A DNA stretch of 57,090 bases, the filler included, from Candidatus Tectimicrobiota bacterium (GTDB taxonomy: Bacteria; JACPUC01), in the NCBI GenBank assembly GCA_016192455.1. It is 5 parts of 5 records of this genome, joined end to end, with 100 filler letters (N's around TTAATTAATTAA, not from the genome) between each part and the next. Parts side by side here need not be neighbours in the genome. Positions count along the whole stretch, not along the records: positions 27,007 to 47,613 come from JACPUC010000024.1; positions 47,714 to 57,090 come from JACPUC010000022.1; 3 more parts are not named here. The stretch is one strand, 5' to 3'. Under the pieces are notes generated by a model. The model was not told the origin of the DNA. It did not search any database and saw only the letters and a list, made by a program, of their open reading frames with translations. Every line of letters starts with the position of its first letter. Position 1 is the first letter of the stretch. Below are positions 43,136 to 53,263 of this stretch, one piece after another. Both the position numbers and the translations under genes were made by a program.

Positions 43136-43993
43136 CTACGAAGGTCGCGCCTGGGGGGGTTGTTGGGTGATGGCGCCGTAGAACTCCGGCCGCCGGTCGC
43201 GGAAGCGGTTCGACTCGTGGCCCGGGCTGCTCATCCTCCCCTTGCTGCGCGCCTCGGCGAGCGCAAGGCTGGCGTAGATGATCTCCTCGCGGTCAGGCCC
43301 GGCCGCCGCCAGCTCCTCGCCGTCGGGGCTGATGATCTTGCTCTGGCCGATGAAGTGGTAGCCGCGCTCATCCCCCACGCGGTTGACGGAGACGTGGAAG
43401 ACGACATTCTCAATGGCGCGCGCATAAACGATATGGCGTGGCGTCCCCTCCACCCCCACCGGCCAGTTCGTCGGGTGCACGAGGACCTCTGCGCCCTCCA
43501 AAGCCATGACGCGGGCAGCCTCGGGGAAGGCGCTGTCGTAACAGATGTAGAGGCCGACGGCGCCGACCGGCGAACGGTACACCTGCAACGGACCGGGACC
43601 GTGGTCGGCGAATCGATCCAGGCCGAGCTTCGGCAGGTGAACCTTGCGGTAACACGCCACGATGCCTTCAGGGCCAAGGAAGACGGCGCTGTTGTAAAGC
43701 TTCTCGCCGGCGCGCTCCGGCATCCCCACGATGGTATAGACGTGCAGCCTGCGACAGGCCGTGAGGAACCGCTCAACGCTGGGACCGGGCACCGGCTCCG
43801 CCACGCTCATGGCTTCCGCGCGGCTGTCGAAGCAGTACCCCGTGGTGGCGCACTCCGGGAAGACGACGAGCTGCGCCCCGTGCACCGCCGCCTCCTCGAG
43901 GTTGCCGAGGCACTTGCTGACATTGGCCTCCACCTCAAAGAGGCGCGGGTTCGTCTGCGCCCCCGCGACGATCGTGCGTGGCTCGTTCATCAT
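43136..43993 (-). CDS. Carbon-nitrogen hydrolase (nitrilase superfamily)
   Basis: E-K-C triad in VFPE, YRKVHL and ICYD. Confidence 0.94.
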   Translation of the reverse strand: MMNEPRTIVAGAQTNPRLFEVEANVSKCLGNLEEAAVHGAQLVVFPECATTGYCFDSRAEAMSVAEPVPGPSVERFLTACRRLHVYTIVGMPERAGEKLYNSAVFLGPEGIVACYRKVHLPKLGLDRFADHGPGPLQVYRSPVGAVGLYICYDSAFPEAARVMALEGAEVLVHPTNWPVGVEGTPRHIVYARAIENVVFHVSVNRVGDERGYHFIGQSKIISPDGEELAAAGPDREEIIYASLALAEARSKGRMSSPGHESNRFRDRRPEFYGAITQQPPQARPS

Positions 43994-44317
43994 CCCCCCT
44001 CATCATCCTTGCGCAGCGCTGCCCGGCGGTCTGCGCGGCCTGGGGAGAAGAACCGCTCGGCTGCGCCGCAGGCCCACCGCGGCGGCGCGGGGGTGACGCT
44101 CCGGCGCGCCAGCCTGCAAGCTTCCCCGTCCGCCCCGTCAGCCGCGCGCTGGGGTCCGAACCCTCCCTCGTTGCAGCTCCCCGGAGAGGCCGCGACGGCG
44201 CCGCCGCGCGCCGCGGCAGGCGGCTTCTCCAGCGCACCAGGCAAAAAATAAGGAGAGGATGCCAAAGACTCTGGGGCGGCGCCCTCTCCTCTTTATACGC
44301 AGCCAGCCTCCGCGGGG

Positions 44318-44662
<345 letters not shown>

Positions 44663-44677
44663 TCAAGGCATGCCACC

Positions 44678-44706
44678 TATATAGTTACGCCCCTGCCTTT
44701 TGTCAA
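44678..44706 (-). promoter_or_regulatory. Sigma70 promoter of the ferredoxin gene
   Basis: TTGACA-17 bp-TATATA on the minus strand. Confidence 0.75.
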
Positions 44707-44814
44707 AGGCAAAGGCCGCGTTGCCCAGAAGTTCCGCCCCTCCTTGCGCCCACCCGCACCCGGCACCCCCCCACACCTGCCCTCGTGGCAGAGATCATGA
44801 GGGTGGCGCGCCCG

Positions 44815-44957
44815 GCGGCATGCGGCAAGACTCCCCACGGGGCTGCTGGACGGCTCCGCCGGACTCGCCGAGAACGCCGCACAGGTGGTCGCAGCCGCTT
44901 CGGCTCCCTCTGGCATGCCAGGGAATCGCTCTCCAGGTCAGGAGTCCAAGCCAGCCG
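44815..44957 (-). ncRNA. Candidate small structured RNA
   Basis: Starts just after its own promoter. The 5' and 3' ends pair (CGGC/GCCG, GGACTCCT/GGGAGTCT, CTGGA/TCCAG) around internal hairpins. No credible ORF. Confidence 0.35.
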
Positions 44958-44963
44958 TATGCT

Positions 44964-44992
44964 TGTATAGTGAAGCCGCCACTGCTCTGCAA
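44964..44992 (-). promoter_or_regulatory. Sigma70-like promoter of the candidate ncRNA
   Basis: TTGCAG-17 bp-TATACA on the minus strand. Confidence 0.5.
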
Positions 44993-45161
44993 GGGCTATG
45001 TGGGGAGTGCCTCGCAGGGAAACGAGACCGCCTGGAAGAGCCTCTGCAAGCCTTCCCACAGTTCCGCAGACCGCGCCCCTCACCCGCCGCGGAGGCAGCG
45101 CCGCGCTGCCTGTCGCAGCCCTCCTCCGCAGCCTGCGCTTCCGGCTTTCATCTGGGCGCCA

Positions 45162-47147
45162 CTACGGCAGCAGGTGCCGGGCCACGATCTCCGCCACGTC
45201 GAGCGGCGCGATCTGCTCCTGGGCGCGCTTTGCGGCCACCGCCTCCTCGAACATCTGTATGCAGAAGGGGCAGGCGGCGGCCAGGGTCGGCGCCTTGGTG
45301 TCGAGGGCCTCCTCGAGGCGGGTGACGTTGATCTTTTGGCCGACCTGCTCGTCCATCCAGGCGTGGCCGCCGCCGGCGCCGCAGCAGAGGGCGCCGCGCC
45401 GGCTGCGGCGCATCTCCACCACCTTTCCCGACAATGCCCTGAGGATGGCGCGGGGCTGCTCGTAGATGCCGTTGTACCGCCCCAGGTTGCAGGGGTCGTG
45501 GTAGGTCACGGGGCCGAGGGCGTCGCGGTCGAGGCGCAGCCGCCCTTCCTGTATGAACCGCTCGATGAGCTGCGTGTGGTGCAGCGCCTCGAAGCTGCCA
45601 CCGAACTCCGGCGCCTCGTTCTTCCAGGTGTTGAAGCAGTGCGGGCAGGCGGTGACGAGCTTCTTTACATTGTAGCCTTTCAGGGTCTCGATGTTCTGCC
45701 GCAGGAGCGTCTGGAAGGTATACTCGTTGCCCAGGCGGCGCGCCGGGTCGCCGGTGCAGACCTCCTCCTCGCCCAGGCAGGCGAAGCTCGTGCCGCTGGC
45801 CCGCAGCAGGCGCGCGAAGGCCTGGGTGATCTTCTGGTTGCGCTCCACCAGGGCGCCGGTGCAGCCGACCCAGAAGAGGTACTCCGGGCGGGCGCCCTCG
45901 GCCAGCAGCGGGATGTCCATCCCCTCCATCCAGCTCGTGCGGGTGAACTGCGTGCCGCGCCAGGGATGGGCGCGCGTCTCCAGGCACTGCAGCGTGGCCT
46001 CGACGGTCTCCGGCATGCGCCCCTCGACGAAGACGAGGTTGCGGCGCATCTCGGAGATCTTGCCGAGGTGCTCGATGAACACCGGGCACTGCTCCTCGCA
46101 GGCGCCGCAGACGCGGCACTCCCACAGCACCTCGTCCTGGATGACGCCGCCGACCATGCGCTCCTCCTGGCGCCGCGGCGAGTGCAGGTGCGCCTGCAGG
46201 TCCAGGATGAGCTGCTTGGGGTTCAAGACCTTGCCGGTGACGGTGGCCGGGCAGTTGTCGGAGCAGCGGTCGCAGCGCGTGCAGGCATCGAGGTCGAGGA
46301 GCTGCTTCCAGGTGAAGTCCTCCACCCTGCCGGCGCCGAAGGTCTCGGCCGTCTCAATGTCGGGGATGCTGCGGAAGGCTCCCGGGGGCTTATAGCTGCG
46401 CAGGAAGACGTTGGCCGAGGAGATGAAGACGTGCATCATCTTCGACCAGCCGAAGTAGGCCAGCAGGGCCATGGAGAGGACCATGTGCCCCCACCAGGCC
46501 AGCGCGTGCAGGCGCGTCGCCGCCGCCGGCGACAGATTCAGCGCCAGCAGCGTCTTGGCCGTCACGTAGCCCAGGGGCGACCAGCGCGCCCAGTCCGGGT
46601 GCCGCGCCACTTCCGTGGCGGCGACGCGCGCTCCCTCGACGAGGAACCCCGTGGTCAGGACGACGAAGAAGAAGAGGAGCGACAGGCCGTCGTCGAGGAG
46701 GTTCGTCCACTCCTTCGCCTCGTTCGAGCGCAGCCCGTAGCGCCGCCAGGCGGCCATCAGCACGCCGAGGAGCGCCAGGCCGCCGAAGAGGTCGAGGATG
46801 AGCGAGTACCAGAGGTAGAACGTCCCTTTCAGGTAGTGGATGCCGCTCCACTCCTGCACGGCGATCATGCAGGTGCCGATGAAGAGGACGATGAAGCCCC
46901 AGAAGATGCAGAGGTGCAGAACGCCGGCGTAGGCGTTGCGGATGACGCGCCGCTGCATGACGACGTAGACGAGGACGTCCCACAGGCGGCGCCCGAGGTG
47001 GTCAAGGCGGTCCTCCGCCGTGCCGAGCCGCCAGCGCCGCCAGCGCGGGTAGATCCCCGCCAGCAGCACCGCCAGCATCACCAGCGCGAAGAGGTAGACC
47101 AGCCCGCCGTAGCTGATGTTCCAATAGATCTCGCGGGTCGGGGTCAT
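45162..47147 (-). CDS. FadF/HdrDE-like membrane Fe-S oxidoreductase (NarI-like TM domain, 2x[4Fe-4S], CCG domains)
   Basis: TM region with His residues; CTRCDRCSDNCP, CRVCGACEEQCP, EEVCTG, TACPHC, HDPC, CCGAGG, ACPFC. Confidence 0.92.
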   Translation of the reverse strand: MTPTREIYWNISYGGLVYLFALVMLAVLLAGIYPRWRRWRLGTAEDRLDHLGRRLWDVLVYVVMQRRVIRNAYAGVLHLCIFWGFIVLFIGTCMIAVQEWSGIHYLKGTFYLWYSLILDLFGGLALLGVLMAAWRRYGLRSNEAKEWTNLLDDGLSLLFFFVVLTTGFLVEGARVAATEVARHPDWARWSPLGYVTAKTLLALNLSPAAATRLHALAWWGHMVLSMALLAYFGWSKMMHVFISSANVFLRSYKPPGAFRSIPDIETAETFGAGRVEDFTWKQLLDLDACTRCDRCSDNCPATVTGKVLNPKQLILDLQAHLHSPRRQEERMVGGVIQDEVLWECRVCGACEEQCPVFIEHLGKISEMRRNLVFVEGRMPETVEATLQCLETRAHPWRGTQFTRTSWMEGMDIPLLAEGARPEYLFWVGCTGALVERNQKITQAFARLLRASGTSFACLGEEEVCTGDPARRLGNEYTFQTLLRQNIETLKGYNVKKLVTACPHCFNTWKNEAPEFGGSFEALHHTQLIERFIQEGRLRLDRDALGPVTYHDPCNLGRYNGIYEQPRAILRALSGKVVEMRRSRRGALCCGAGGGHAWMDEQVGQKINVTRLEEALDTKAPTLAAACPFCIQMFEEAVAAKRAQEQIAPLDVAEIVARHLLP

Positions 47148-47366
47148 CGAGGTCCTTCCCTGCGAGGGTCAGCGTCGCGTTTCATCGTCCAAGCATTCAC
47201 TGCGGCCGTTGGGCCTTCTGTCTGCGCTCGTGGCGAGCCGGCCAGCGCTCAACTCGCAGGACGGGCGACCAGTCTGTGGAAAAAAGGACAGGACCGCCAG
47301 CCTCGTCAGCGCGTTACATCAACCGCCCGCGCCTCCATCTTCGAGGCGGGTTCCATCCCATCTACC

Positions 47367-47394
47367 GTAGGGGCGGTTCGCGAACCGCCCCTAC
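47367..47394. repeat. GTAG-type REP palindrome (perfect)
   Basis: GTAGGGGCGGTTCGCGAACCGCCCCTAC. Confidence 0.92.
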
Positions 47395-47476
47395 CAGCGC
47401 CAGGCAAGGAACCACCGATGCACGCCGAGGCCAGCAGGAATCGGTGTGCATCGGTGTCCATCAGTGGTTCATCCTA

Positions 47477-47613
47477 GTACTTAGTTGCGTTATTGCACTT
47501 TACGTGCTATGATGGGGGCATGAACACCTCATCCGTCCCCATTACGTTGAGTCAGGAGGAGCGACAGACCCTGGAGCGCTGGCGCCGCACCCCGACGACC
47601 GAGCAGCGCCGGG
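47477..47613 (+). mobile_element. IS630-family element, left end (contig 4 end)
   Basis: CTA|GTACTTAGTTGCGT terminal IR; transposase start at 47520, MNTSSVPITLSQEERQTLERWRRTPTTEQRR. Confidence 0.9.
47485..47513 (+). promoter_or_regulatory. IS630 transposase promoter (probably leaderless mRNA)
   Basis: TTGCGT-17 bp-TATGAT with an extended -10 TG; the ATG is 6 bp downstream. Confidence 0.7.
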
Positions 47614-47713
47614 NNNNNNNNNNNNNNNNNNNNNNNNNNNNNNNNNNNNNNNNNNNNTTAATTAATTAANNNNNNNNNNNNNNNNNNNNNNNNNNNNNNN
47701 NNNNNNNNNNNNN
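47614..47713. other. Artificial contig linker
   Basis: N44-TTAATTAATTAA-N44. Confidence 0.98.
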
Positions 47714-47851
47714 ACCCGGCGCTGCTCGGTCGTCGGGGTGCGGCGCCAGCGCTCCAGGGTCTGTCGCTCCTCCTGACTCAACGTAATGGGGACGGATGAG
47801 GTGTTCATGCCCCCATCATAGCACGTAAAGTGCAATAACGCAACTAAGTAC
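47714..47851 (-). mobile_element. IS630-family element, left end (second copy, contig 5 start)
   Basis: Reverse complement of 47477-47613, with a different flank. Confidence 0.9.
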
Positions 47852-49671
47852 TAGATATGCCGGCAGAGGACGTTCACCACCGCCTGGCGCTTCTCCTCGC
47901 GCACCACCTTCAGCGCCCGCCGCAACGCCGGCACCACCTCGTCGGGTTGATCGACCATCTCCCCGTACCCGCCGAACGCCAGGGCGATCTTGTGGTACTC
48001 CGGGGCTGGATCGAGATTGCAGATCGGGAACTCGTTGTTCGAGACCGCGTAGCCGTCGGGGTAGACGTTTTGCGCGGCGAACTTCACCGCGTTCCAGCCC
48101 TGGTTGTTGAAGATGACCACGAGGATCGGCAGCCCGTAGGCCCGCGACACCCAGTGGCAGGCGGTCGGCACGTTGAACATGTAGGCGCCGTCGCCGAGGG
48201 TGGCGATGACGGTCTTTGCGGGCGCCGCGAGCTTGGCGCCGAGGGCCGCGCCGAACCCCCACCCCAGCCCGCCGGCCGGCGAGGAGCCGAAGAACGTGCC
48301 GGGCTTGGTGAATTGGGCGTGGTGGGGGTTGAGATCGTATTCGTTGACGATGATGGTCTCGTCATCCTTGATCAGGTTGATGCAATGCGTCACCCAATCA
48401 AAGTCCATGTCGCTGCGGTTCTGCTTCTTCAAGACGGCGGCCTTGAGGGCGGCGCGGCGCTCATCGTTGGCGCCGCGGTACGCCTGCAGGCGCTCGGTGA
48501 CCGCCCCCTTGCGCTCCGCCTTATAGCGTCCCAGCTCTCGGTTCAACGCCAGGAAGGCCGCCGGCGCCTCGGCGGTGATCGCCACGTCGAACGGGAAGCT
48601 GCGCATGGGGTAGCGGCTGAAGTGCGGATCGACGCCGATCTGGATGACCTTGGCGGTGGCCTTCGGCTTGACGCGGCTGGGGAACCAGGGCACGTCGCAC
48701 TCGGCCACAACGATCACATCGGCCTTCTTGACGAAGGCGGTCGAGTCGTAGCCGCAGTGCAGGGCGTGGGTGGTGGGGAAGTTCACGACCTGCCGGTTCA
48801 TCTCGACGACCGGCAGCCCCCAGGACTCCGCCAGGCGGACCAGGCTCGACAGCCCCTCGGGGAAGCGCCCGGCGGCCGAGGTGATGACCACCGGATCGCT
48901 CGCCGCCTGGATGAGATCGGCGGCCTCCTTCACCCCGGCGGGCAGCGGGTGGGCAAGCCCGTCGGCGATCGCTTTGCCCCGCGGCGTGTAGCGCAGCTCC
49001 GTCAGCTCCTGCGCCAGCACCTCGCGGGGCAGCGTCAGGTAGACCGGCCCGCGCGGCTGCGTCATGGCCATCTGCATGGCGCGATCCACCACCTGCTCGA
49101 GCTGCTGCGCGTTCTTCAGCTCGTAATCCCATTTCACGAACTCGCGCAGCAGCGCGCCCTGGTCAAATGACTCCTGCGCCCAGTGGATGTGAACGTTGCG
49201 CGATCCCCGCGGGCCCTCCTCGAGCAGCGGCGTGCGGCCGGCGGTGAAGATGATGGGGACATTGGCGCGGGCGGCGTTCATGATGGCGCCGGTGGCGTTC
49301 GCCGCCCCCACGATGACGTGCACCATCACCCCCTGCGGGCGGCCGGTGACGAGGTAGTAGCCATGCGCCATGCTGACGGCGCAGAACTCATGGGGGACGG
49401 TGATCGGCTTCGGCCCCAGCCGCTTCTCGATCGACAACTTGGCCAGCGATTCGACGATGGGAGCGAAATCAGTACCGCCGTTCGCAAAGAGGTACTCGAT
49501 ACCGCGGTCACGCAGGAGCTCGAGGTAGGCTTCGGCGGTACTCTGCACGGCCAGGGTCTTCATGCCGGCGGGCTTGCCGGCGGCGGGGGTCTTGACGGCA
49601 CGCTTGGAGTCCGGCTCGGGCTTGCTCTTGCCACCATCCTTCGAAGCCGTTTTCCGCGACCTGACAGCCAT
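47851..49671 (-). CDS. Thiamine pyrophosphate-requiring protein (acetolactate synthase/benzoylformate decarboxylase family)
   Basis: FANGGTDF, PHEFCAVSMAHG, GGLGWG, GDGAYMF...NN. Confidence 0.94.
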   Translation of the reverse strand: MAVRSRKTASKDGGKSKPEPDSKRAVKTPAAGKPAGMKTLAVQSTAEAYLELLRDRGIEYLFANGGTDFAPIVESLAKLSIEKRLGPKPITVPHEFCAVSMAHGYYLVTGRPQGVMVHVIVGAANATGAIMNAARANVPIIFTAGRTPLLEEGPRGSRNVHIHWAQESFDQGALLREFVKWDYELKNAQQLEQVVDRAMQMAMTQPRGPVYLTLPREVLAQELTELRYTPRGKAIADGLAHPLPAGVKEAADLIQAASDPVVITSAAGRFPEGLSSLVRLAESWGLPVVEMNRQVVNFPTTHALHCGYDSTAFVKKADVIVVAECDVPWFPSRVKPKATAKVIQIGVDPHFSRYPMRSFPFDVAITAEAPAAFLALNRELGRYKAERKGAVTERLQAYRGANDERRAALKAAVLKKQNRSDMDFDWVTHCINLIKDDETIIVNEYDLNPHHAQFTKPGTFFGSSPAGGLGWGFGAALGAKLAAPAKTVIATLGDGAYMFNVPTACHWVSRAYGLPILVVIFNNQGWNAVKFAAQNVYPDGYAVSNNEFPICNLDPAPEYHKIALAFGGYGEMVDQPDEVVPALRRALKVVREEKRQAVVNVLCRHI

Positions 49672-49704
49672 GCTTTTCTCCCCCTCCTGCATGTGGTATA
49701 GCCT

Positions 49705-49749
49705 AGACAAACGCTTGCTCACTATAGCTTTGAGCCGCAGGACTGTCAA
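49705..49749 (-). promoter_or_regulatory. Sigma70 promoter with an adjacent palindromic (TetR-like) operator
   Basis: TTGACA-17 bp-TATAGT (49749-49721), immediately followed by the imperfect palindrome GAGCAAGCGTTTGTCT. Confidence 0.7.
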
Positions 49750-49938
49750 ACCGGCCCCCCCGGCGCGATCCTCTCGTTGGGCCGCTGCCGCGAACGCTGC
49801 GGTTCCCCCCTGCGCGTCCCGTTCTGCTCACTCCTTCAACCCCGCCGCCAGTGCGCCCCCGACTGCGTAAGGTGACGAGCAGGGGGAGGCCGAGGCAGCC
49901 GCGGGCGCTCGTCTGTGCCCTCCTGTTCGGAGCTTGCG

Positions 49939-51300
49939 GTGCGCCGCTCTCCCCTTCTCTTCATTCTGCTGGGCATCCTCTGCACCATGGGGGGGCTGGG
50001 GTTCGGGCGCTTCGCCTACCCCATCCTGCTGCCGGAGATGGCGCGCGCGCTGTCATTGAGCAGGCTCCAGTCCGGCATGCTCTACAGTGCGAACCTGGCG
50101 GGATACCTCCTCTTCACCCTGGTGGGAGGGGTGCTCGCGGTGCGCTGGCGGGCCAAGCCGGTCATCGTGGCCTCGCTCTTCGTGGGGGGCGCGGCGCTCT
50201 TCCTCACGGGCTTCTCCTCCAGCTTCGCCTGGGCGCTCATCTGGCGCTTTCTGACCGGTCTGGGAAACGGCGGGGCCTTCGTGCCGATGCTGGCCCTGGT
50301 CGCGGTCTGGTTTCGCCCGCAGCGCCGCGGCCTGGCCGCCGGGACGATGCACCTTGGGGTGGGGCTGTCGGTGATGACGGTTGGAGCCTTTATTCCGCCT
50401 CTCATGGGGTTGGCGAAGGGGGATGGCTGGCGGCTCGGCTGGTTTGCGCTGGGGGGAGCGGCGATTGCGGTAGGAATGCTGCTGGCGTTCTTGCTCCGCG
50501 ATCGTCCCGATGACGGTCCGCCGCCTGTAGGCTTGCCTGGCAGAAGGATGGCCCAGACTGGGGACTCCCCGCCGCGGAGCCGCGGCGAGCCGGAGGCGGG
50601 AGAGAGGGCCGCCCCCATGCAGTCCCTGTCGCAAACCCGGTCCGGCTCAGGGGAGAATCCCCACGGCGCCTGGGGCGAGCTGCTGAAATCCTTCAACCTC
50701 TGGCACTTGGGGGTGATCCACTTCTCCTTCGGGTTCACCAACAGCGTCTATGCAACCTTCTTTTCGGAGTACTTGGTCACGGCGCAGGGGCTGACGCTCG
50801 CCGCTGCCGGCTCGATGTGGGCCGCCCACGGCCTGGCGAGCGCGGCCAGCAGCTTCGTCTGGGGGATGCTCTCCGACTACCTGGGACGCAAGTACGCCCT
50901 GGCCTTGAACTTCTGCTTCTTCCTCGCGGCGGCGCTGCTCTTCCTCTCCGGCTCCGCCCTGCCGACGTTCTACCTGTCGGCCCTCCTCTTCGGCTCCGTG
51001 GCCGCCAGCCCACCGGCGATCATGGCGGCTGCTTCGGGCGATTACTTCGGTCCGCGCATGGCGGCGGGTGCGTTCACGGTCGTGACGCTGTTCTCTGCCA
51101 CAGGGCAGATTTTTGGACCGGCGTTGGGTGGCTTCGCCGCCGATGCCACCGCCTCCCTGGGCGCCCCCTACTGGCTCTCCGCGATGGGGGCTGTGCTGGG
51201 CCTTGCCGCCTCGCTCCTCCTTGCCCGACCTCCGCAAGGACCGCAGGCAGGCCGGTTCTCAAGGCGCGACCGTCCGGCGCAGGCTCAGAAGCGCGGGTAG
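49939..51300 (+). CDS. MFS transporter (YbfB/YjiJ family)
   Basis: GFGRFAYPILLPEM, SANLAGYL, WGMLSDYLGRK, GQIFGPALGG. Confidence 0.92.
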   Translation: MRRSPLLFILLGILCTMGGLGFGRFAYPILLPEMARALSLSRLQSGMLYSANLAGYLLFTLVGGVLAVRWRAKPVIVASLFVGGAALFLTGFSSSFAWALIWRFLTGLGNGGAFVPMLALVAVWFRPQRRGLAAGTMHLGVGLSVMTVGAFIPPLMGLAKGDGWRLGWFALGGAAIAVGMLLAFLLRDRPDDGPPPVGLPGRRMAQTGDSPPRSRGEPEAGERAAPMQSLSQTRSGSGENPHGAWGELLKSFNLWHLGVIHFSFGFTNSVYATFFSEYLVTAQGLTLAAAGSMWAAHGLASAASSFVWGMLSDYLGRKYALALNFCFFLAAALLFLSGSALPTFYLSALLFGSVAASPPAIMAAASGDYFGPRMAAGAFTVVTLFSATGQIFGPALGGFAADATASLGAPYWLSAMGAVLGLAASLLLARPPQGPQAGRFSRRDRPAQAQKRG

Positions 51301-52514
51301 AGCTGGTGCACGCCGCTGCGGTGCAGCCAGACCATGCGGCTGACGAAGGCGCTGTCGCCGGCGGCGGGGAGGCCGAGACGCAGGCTGAGGATCATGTTCT
51401 CCCGCAGCCGGCTGCCGGCGCTGCGCGGGGGTGACCCGAGGAGCGGCCATTCCTGCAGGTCAAGACCGATGCCGTTCCCCAAGGGAAAGTCGGCCCGCGG
51501 GTAAGGCCCCAGCGCCAGCCTGAGCTGCCGGGCCGCCTCCTCGGTGAACTCCGAGAGGGGTTTGCCGACGGCGAAGAGCGCCAGGAGGGCGTCGAGCGCC
51601 GACTCCGCGCGCGCCCGCACCTCCTTGCCGCGCGGCTCCACCGGCACCATCGGCAGGGCCTGGGCACGGTCGGCCCAGTACCCCTGGTAGGAGACGGCGA
51701 TGTAGGCGATGACGGCCTCGGCGAAGACAAGGTGGGTTGGCGGCGCGGGCTGGAGGCGCAACGCCTGCCCCGCGGCGGCGGCGCGCTCCGGCAGGGTGAC
51801 GAGCAGGCAAACCGCCTCGGCCCCTTCACGGTAGATGACGCGCTCCACCTCGGCCCCGATCTTCCGCAGGCTGCTCTCGCGAGTGACCAGGTCGGCGAAG
51901 TGCTGGCAGGCCTCCCAGCAGAGATCGGCGGCGCGCCGCAGGAGGCGCAGCTCAGGCTCCCCCTTGGGGGCGCGCAGGGCCTCGTACCAGTCGGTCAAGG
52001 TGCGCAGGGTGGCGCGCGGCAGGGCCGCCTGGAGGACCATGGCGTCTTCGCCGCGCATCTGCTCCTCCACTCCCACGAGGCCGAGGACCGACGCGCCAAG
52101 GGTCTGCGCGGCGGCGGCCGCGGCCTCCCCCAAGGAGGCGGGAGCAGCGGGCGCGCCGCCCGCCTCGCGGGACCCTGGGACAGCGCGGAGGTTTACGCTC
52201 AAGGGAGGTCTCCATACTCCAGCCGCTTCAGGCCGGGAGCCCCCAGGCGCCTCCTTGACAGTCTGCGAGATCAGCTCGACAGGACCGCGCCGGGGCACCA
52301 CGGCGATCGCGTCTCCAGCGCCGGGAAGCGTCCGCGTCAGGTAGGTGAGGTTGCCCGCGCGCCGCTGAGCGCCGTAGAGCAGCAGGGCGTCCAGCTCCTC
52401 GTCGGCCATGGCCGCCTGCAGGCGGGCAAGACGCGCCCGCAGCTCCTCATCAGGGATGAAGCGGCGTTCGCGCGGCGGCGATTCTTTCGCACCCGGGGGA
52501 TTCGCTGCAAACAT
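51285..52514 (-). CDS. M24/creatinase-fold protein with degenerate metal site
   Basis: Creatinase-type N-domain (ELRARLARLQAAM...LDALL...NLTYLT) and a pita-bread domain (RAPKGEPE, GYWADR, GNGIGLD..EWP). Confidence 0.82.
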   Translation of the reverse strand: MFAANPPGAKESPPRERRFIPDEELRARLARLQAAMADEELDALLLYGAQRRAGNLTYLTRTLPGAGDAIAVVPRRGPVELISQTVKEAPGGSRPEAAGVWRPPLSVNLRAVPGSREAGGAPAAPASLGEAAAAAAQTLGASVLGLVGVEEQMRGEDAMVLQAALPRATLRTLTDWYEALRAPKGEPELRLLRRAADLCWEACQHFADLVTRESSLRKIGAEVERVIYREGAEAVCLLVTLPERAAAAGQALRLQPAPPTHLVFAEAVIAYIAVSYQGYWADRAQALPMVPVEPRGKEVRARAESALDALLALFAVGKPLSEFTEEAARQLRLALGPYPRADFPLGNGIGLDLQEWPLLGSPPRSAGSRLRENMILSLRLGLPAAGDSAFVSRMVWLHRSGVHQLYPRF

Positions 52515-52774
52515 CGCCGCAAGCTCCCAGAGCAGGATCAGGCCGGACGGGGCCGCTCGAAGGCGTGCCGCCGCGCGGCTTCCACATCGAGGAAAGACAA
52601 GGAACCGCCCTGCCGCCTCGGCATGTGCTTGACCCCCCGGAAGCCGCGGGCTATGATCCAGGCGCCTCCGTGGGGCCAAGCACCGAAGGAAAGCCGCCCC
52701 ACCGGCGGGCCCTTGGAGATCGGGAGCTTCGTCGCTGCGCTGCGAAGCCCGGCGAAGGGGGGGCAGGAGCAACC

Positions 52775-53092
52775 ATGACGAATGAAAACTTAACGGAAGC
52801 GGTGCGCGAGCTCAATGTTCTGTTGAACCAGTACGGCATCGCGGAGGTGCTGTCAAAGATTGAGGCGGGTGTCAAGCTCCCTGATCTTTCAAGCGCTCTG
52901 AGGAATCTGCGCGACCACCTGCCGCCGGAGCTCCTTGGGTTTGTGGACCTCGCGGGGTCGTCCGCCAATGCCGAGGAAGAGTGGCCCCGGCGTCTCCTCT
53001 CCATCCTGCTGTTGCTCAAGAACTGCACCGAGGATCAGGTGGCTCTGGTTGCGGAGATCGTCGGCAACATGTTGAAGCTGAAGGAGCAGTAA
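52775..53092 (+). CDS. Hypothetical helical protein
   Basis: AGGAG RBS; MTNENLTEAVRELNVLLNQYG.... Confidence 0.7.
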   Translation: MTNENLTEAVRELNVLLNQYGIAEVLSKIEAGVKLPDLSSALRNLRDHLPPELLGFVDLAGSSANAEEEWPRRLLSILLLLKNCTEDQVALVAEIVGNMLKLKEQ

Positions 53093-53263
53093 CCCCCCGC
53101 CCCGCCGTGCCGCTCGCCCCCGCGGCTATCCTCCTCTGTTGCGCGACGCATCTCCCCAGCTTTTTCCAGCTCCTCGCCCGACCTCAACCCACCCTTTGCC
53201 TCACGCACCAGCGGCGCCGCCGTCCCAGTCCAGCGCTCTCAGCAGCACTCCCGCGACAGGCCG

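Noticed and set aside
44700-47477. 925-aa plus-strand ORF and similar long ORFs (e.g. 21494-23614, 28182-30341, 30699-32591, 53731-55563)
   Set aside because: Antisense shadows of real genes in GC-rich DNA, with no recognisable motifs.
47474-47854. Apparent 140-bp perfect inverted repeat (hairpin, MITE or telomere)
   Set aside because: These are two contig ends that both stop in the same IS630 left end, juxtaposed by the linker.
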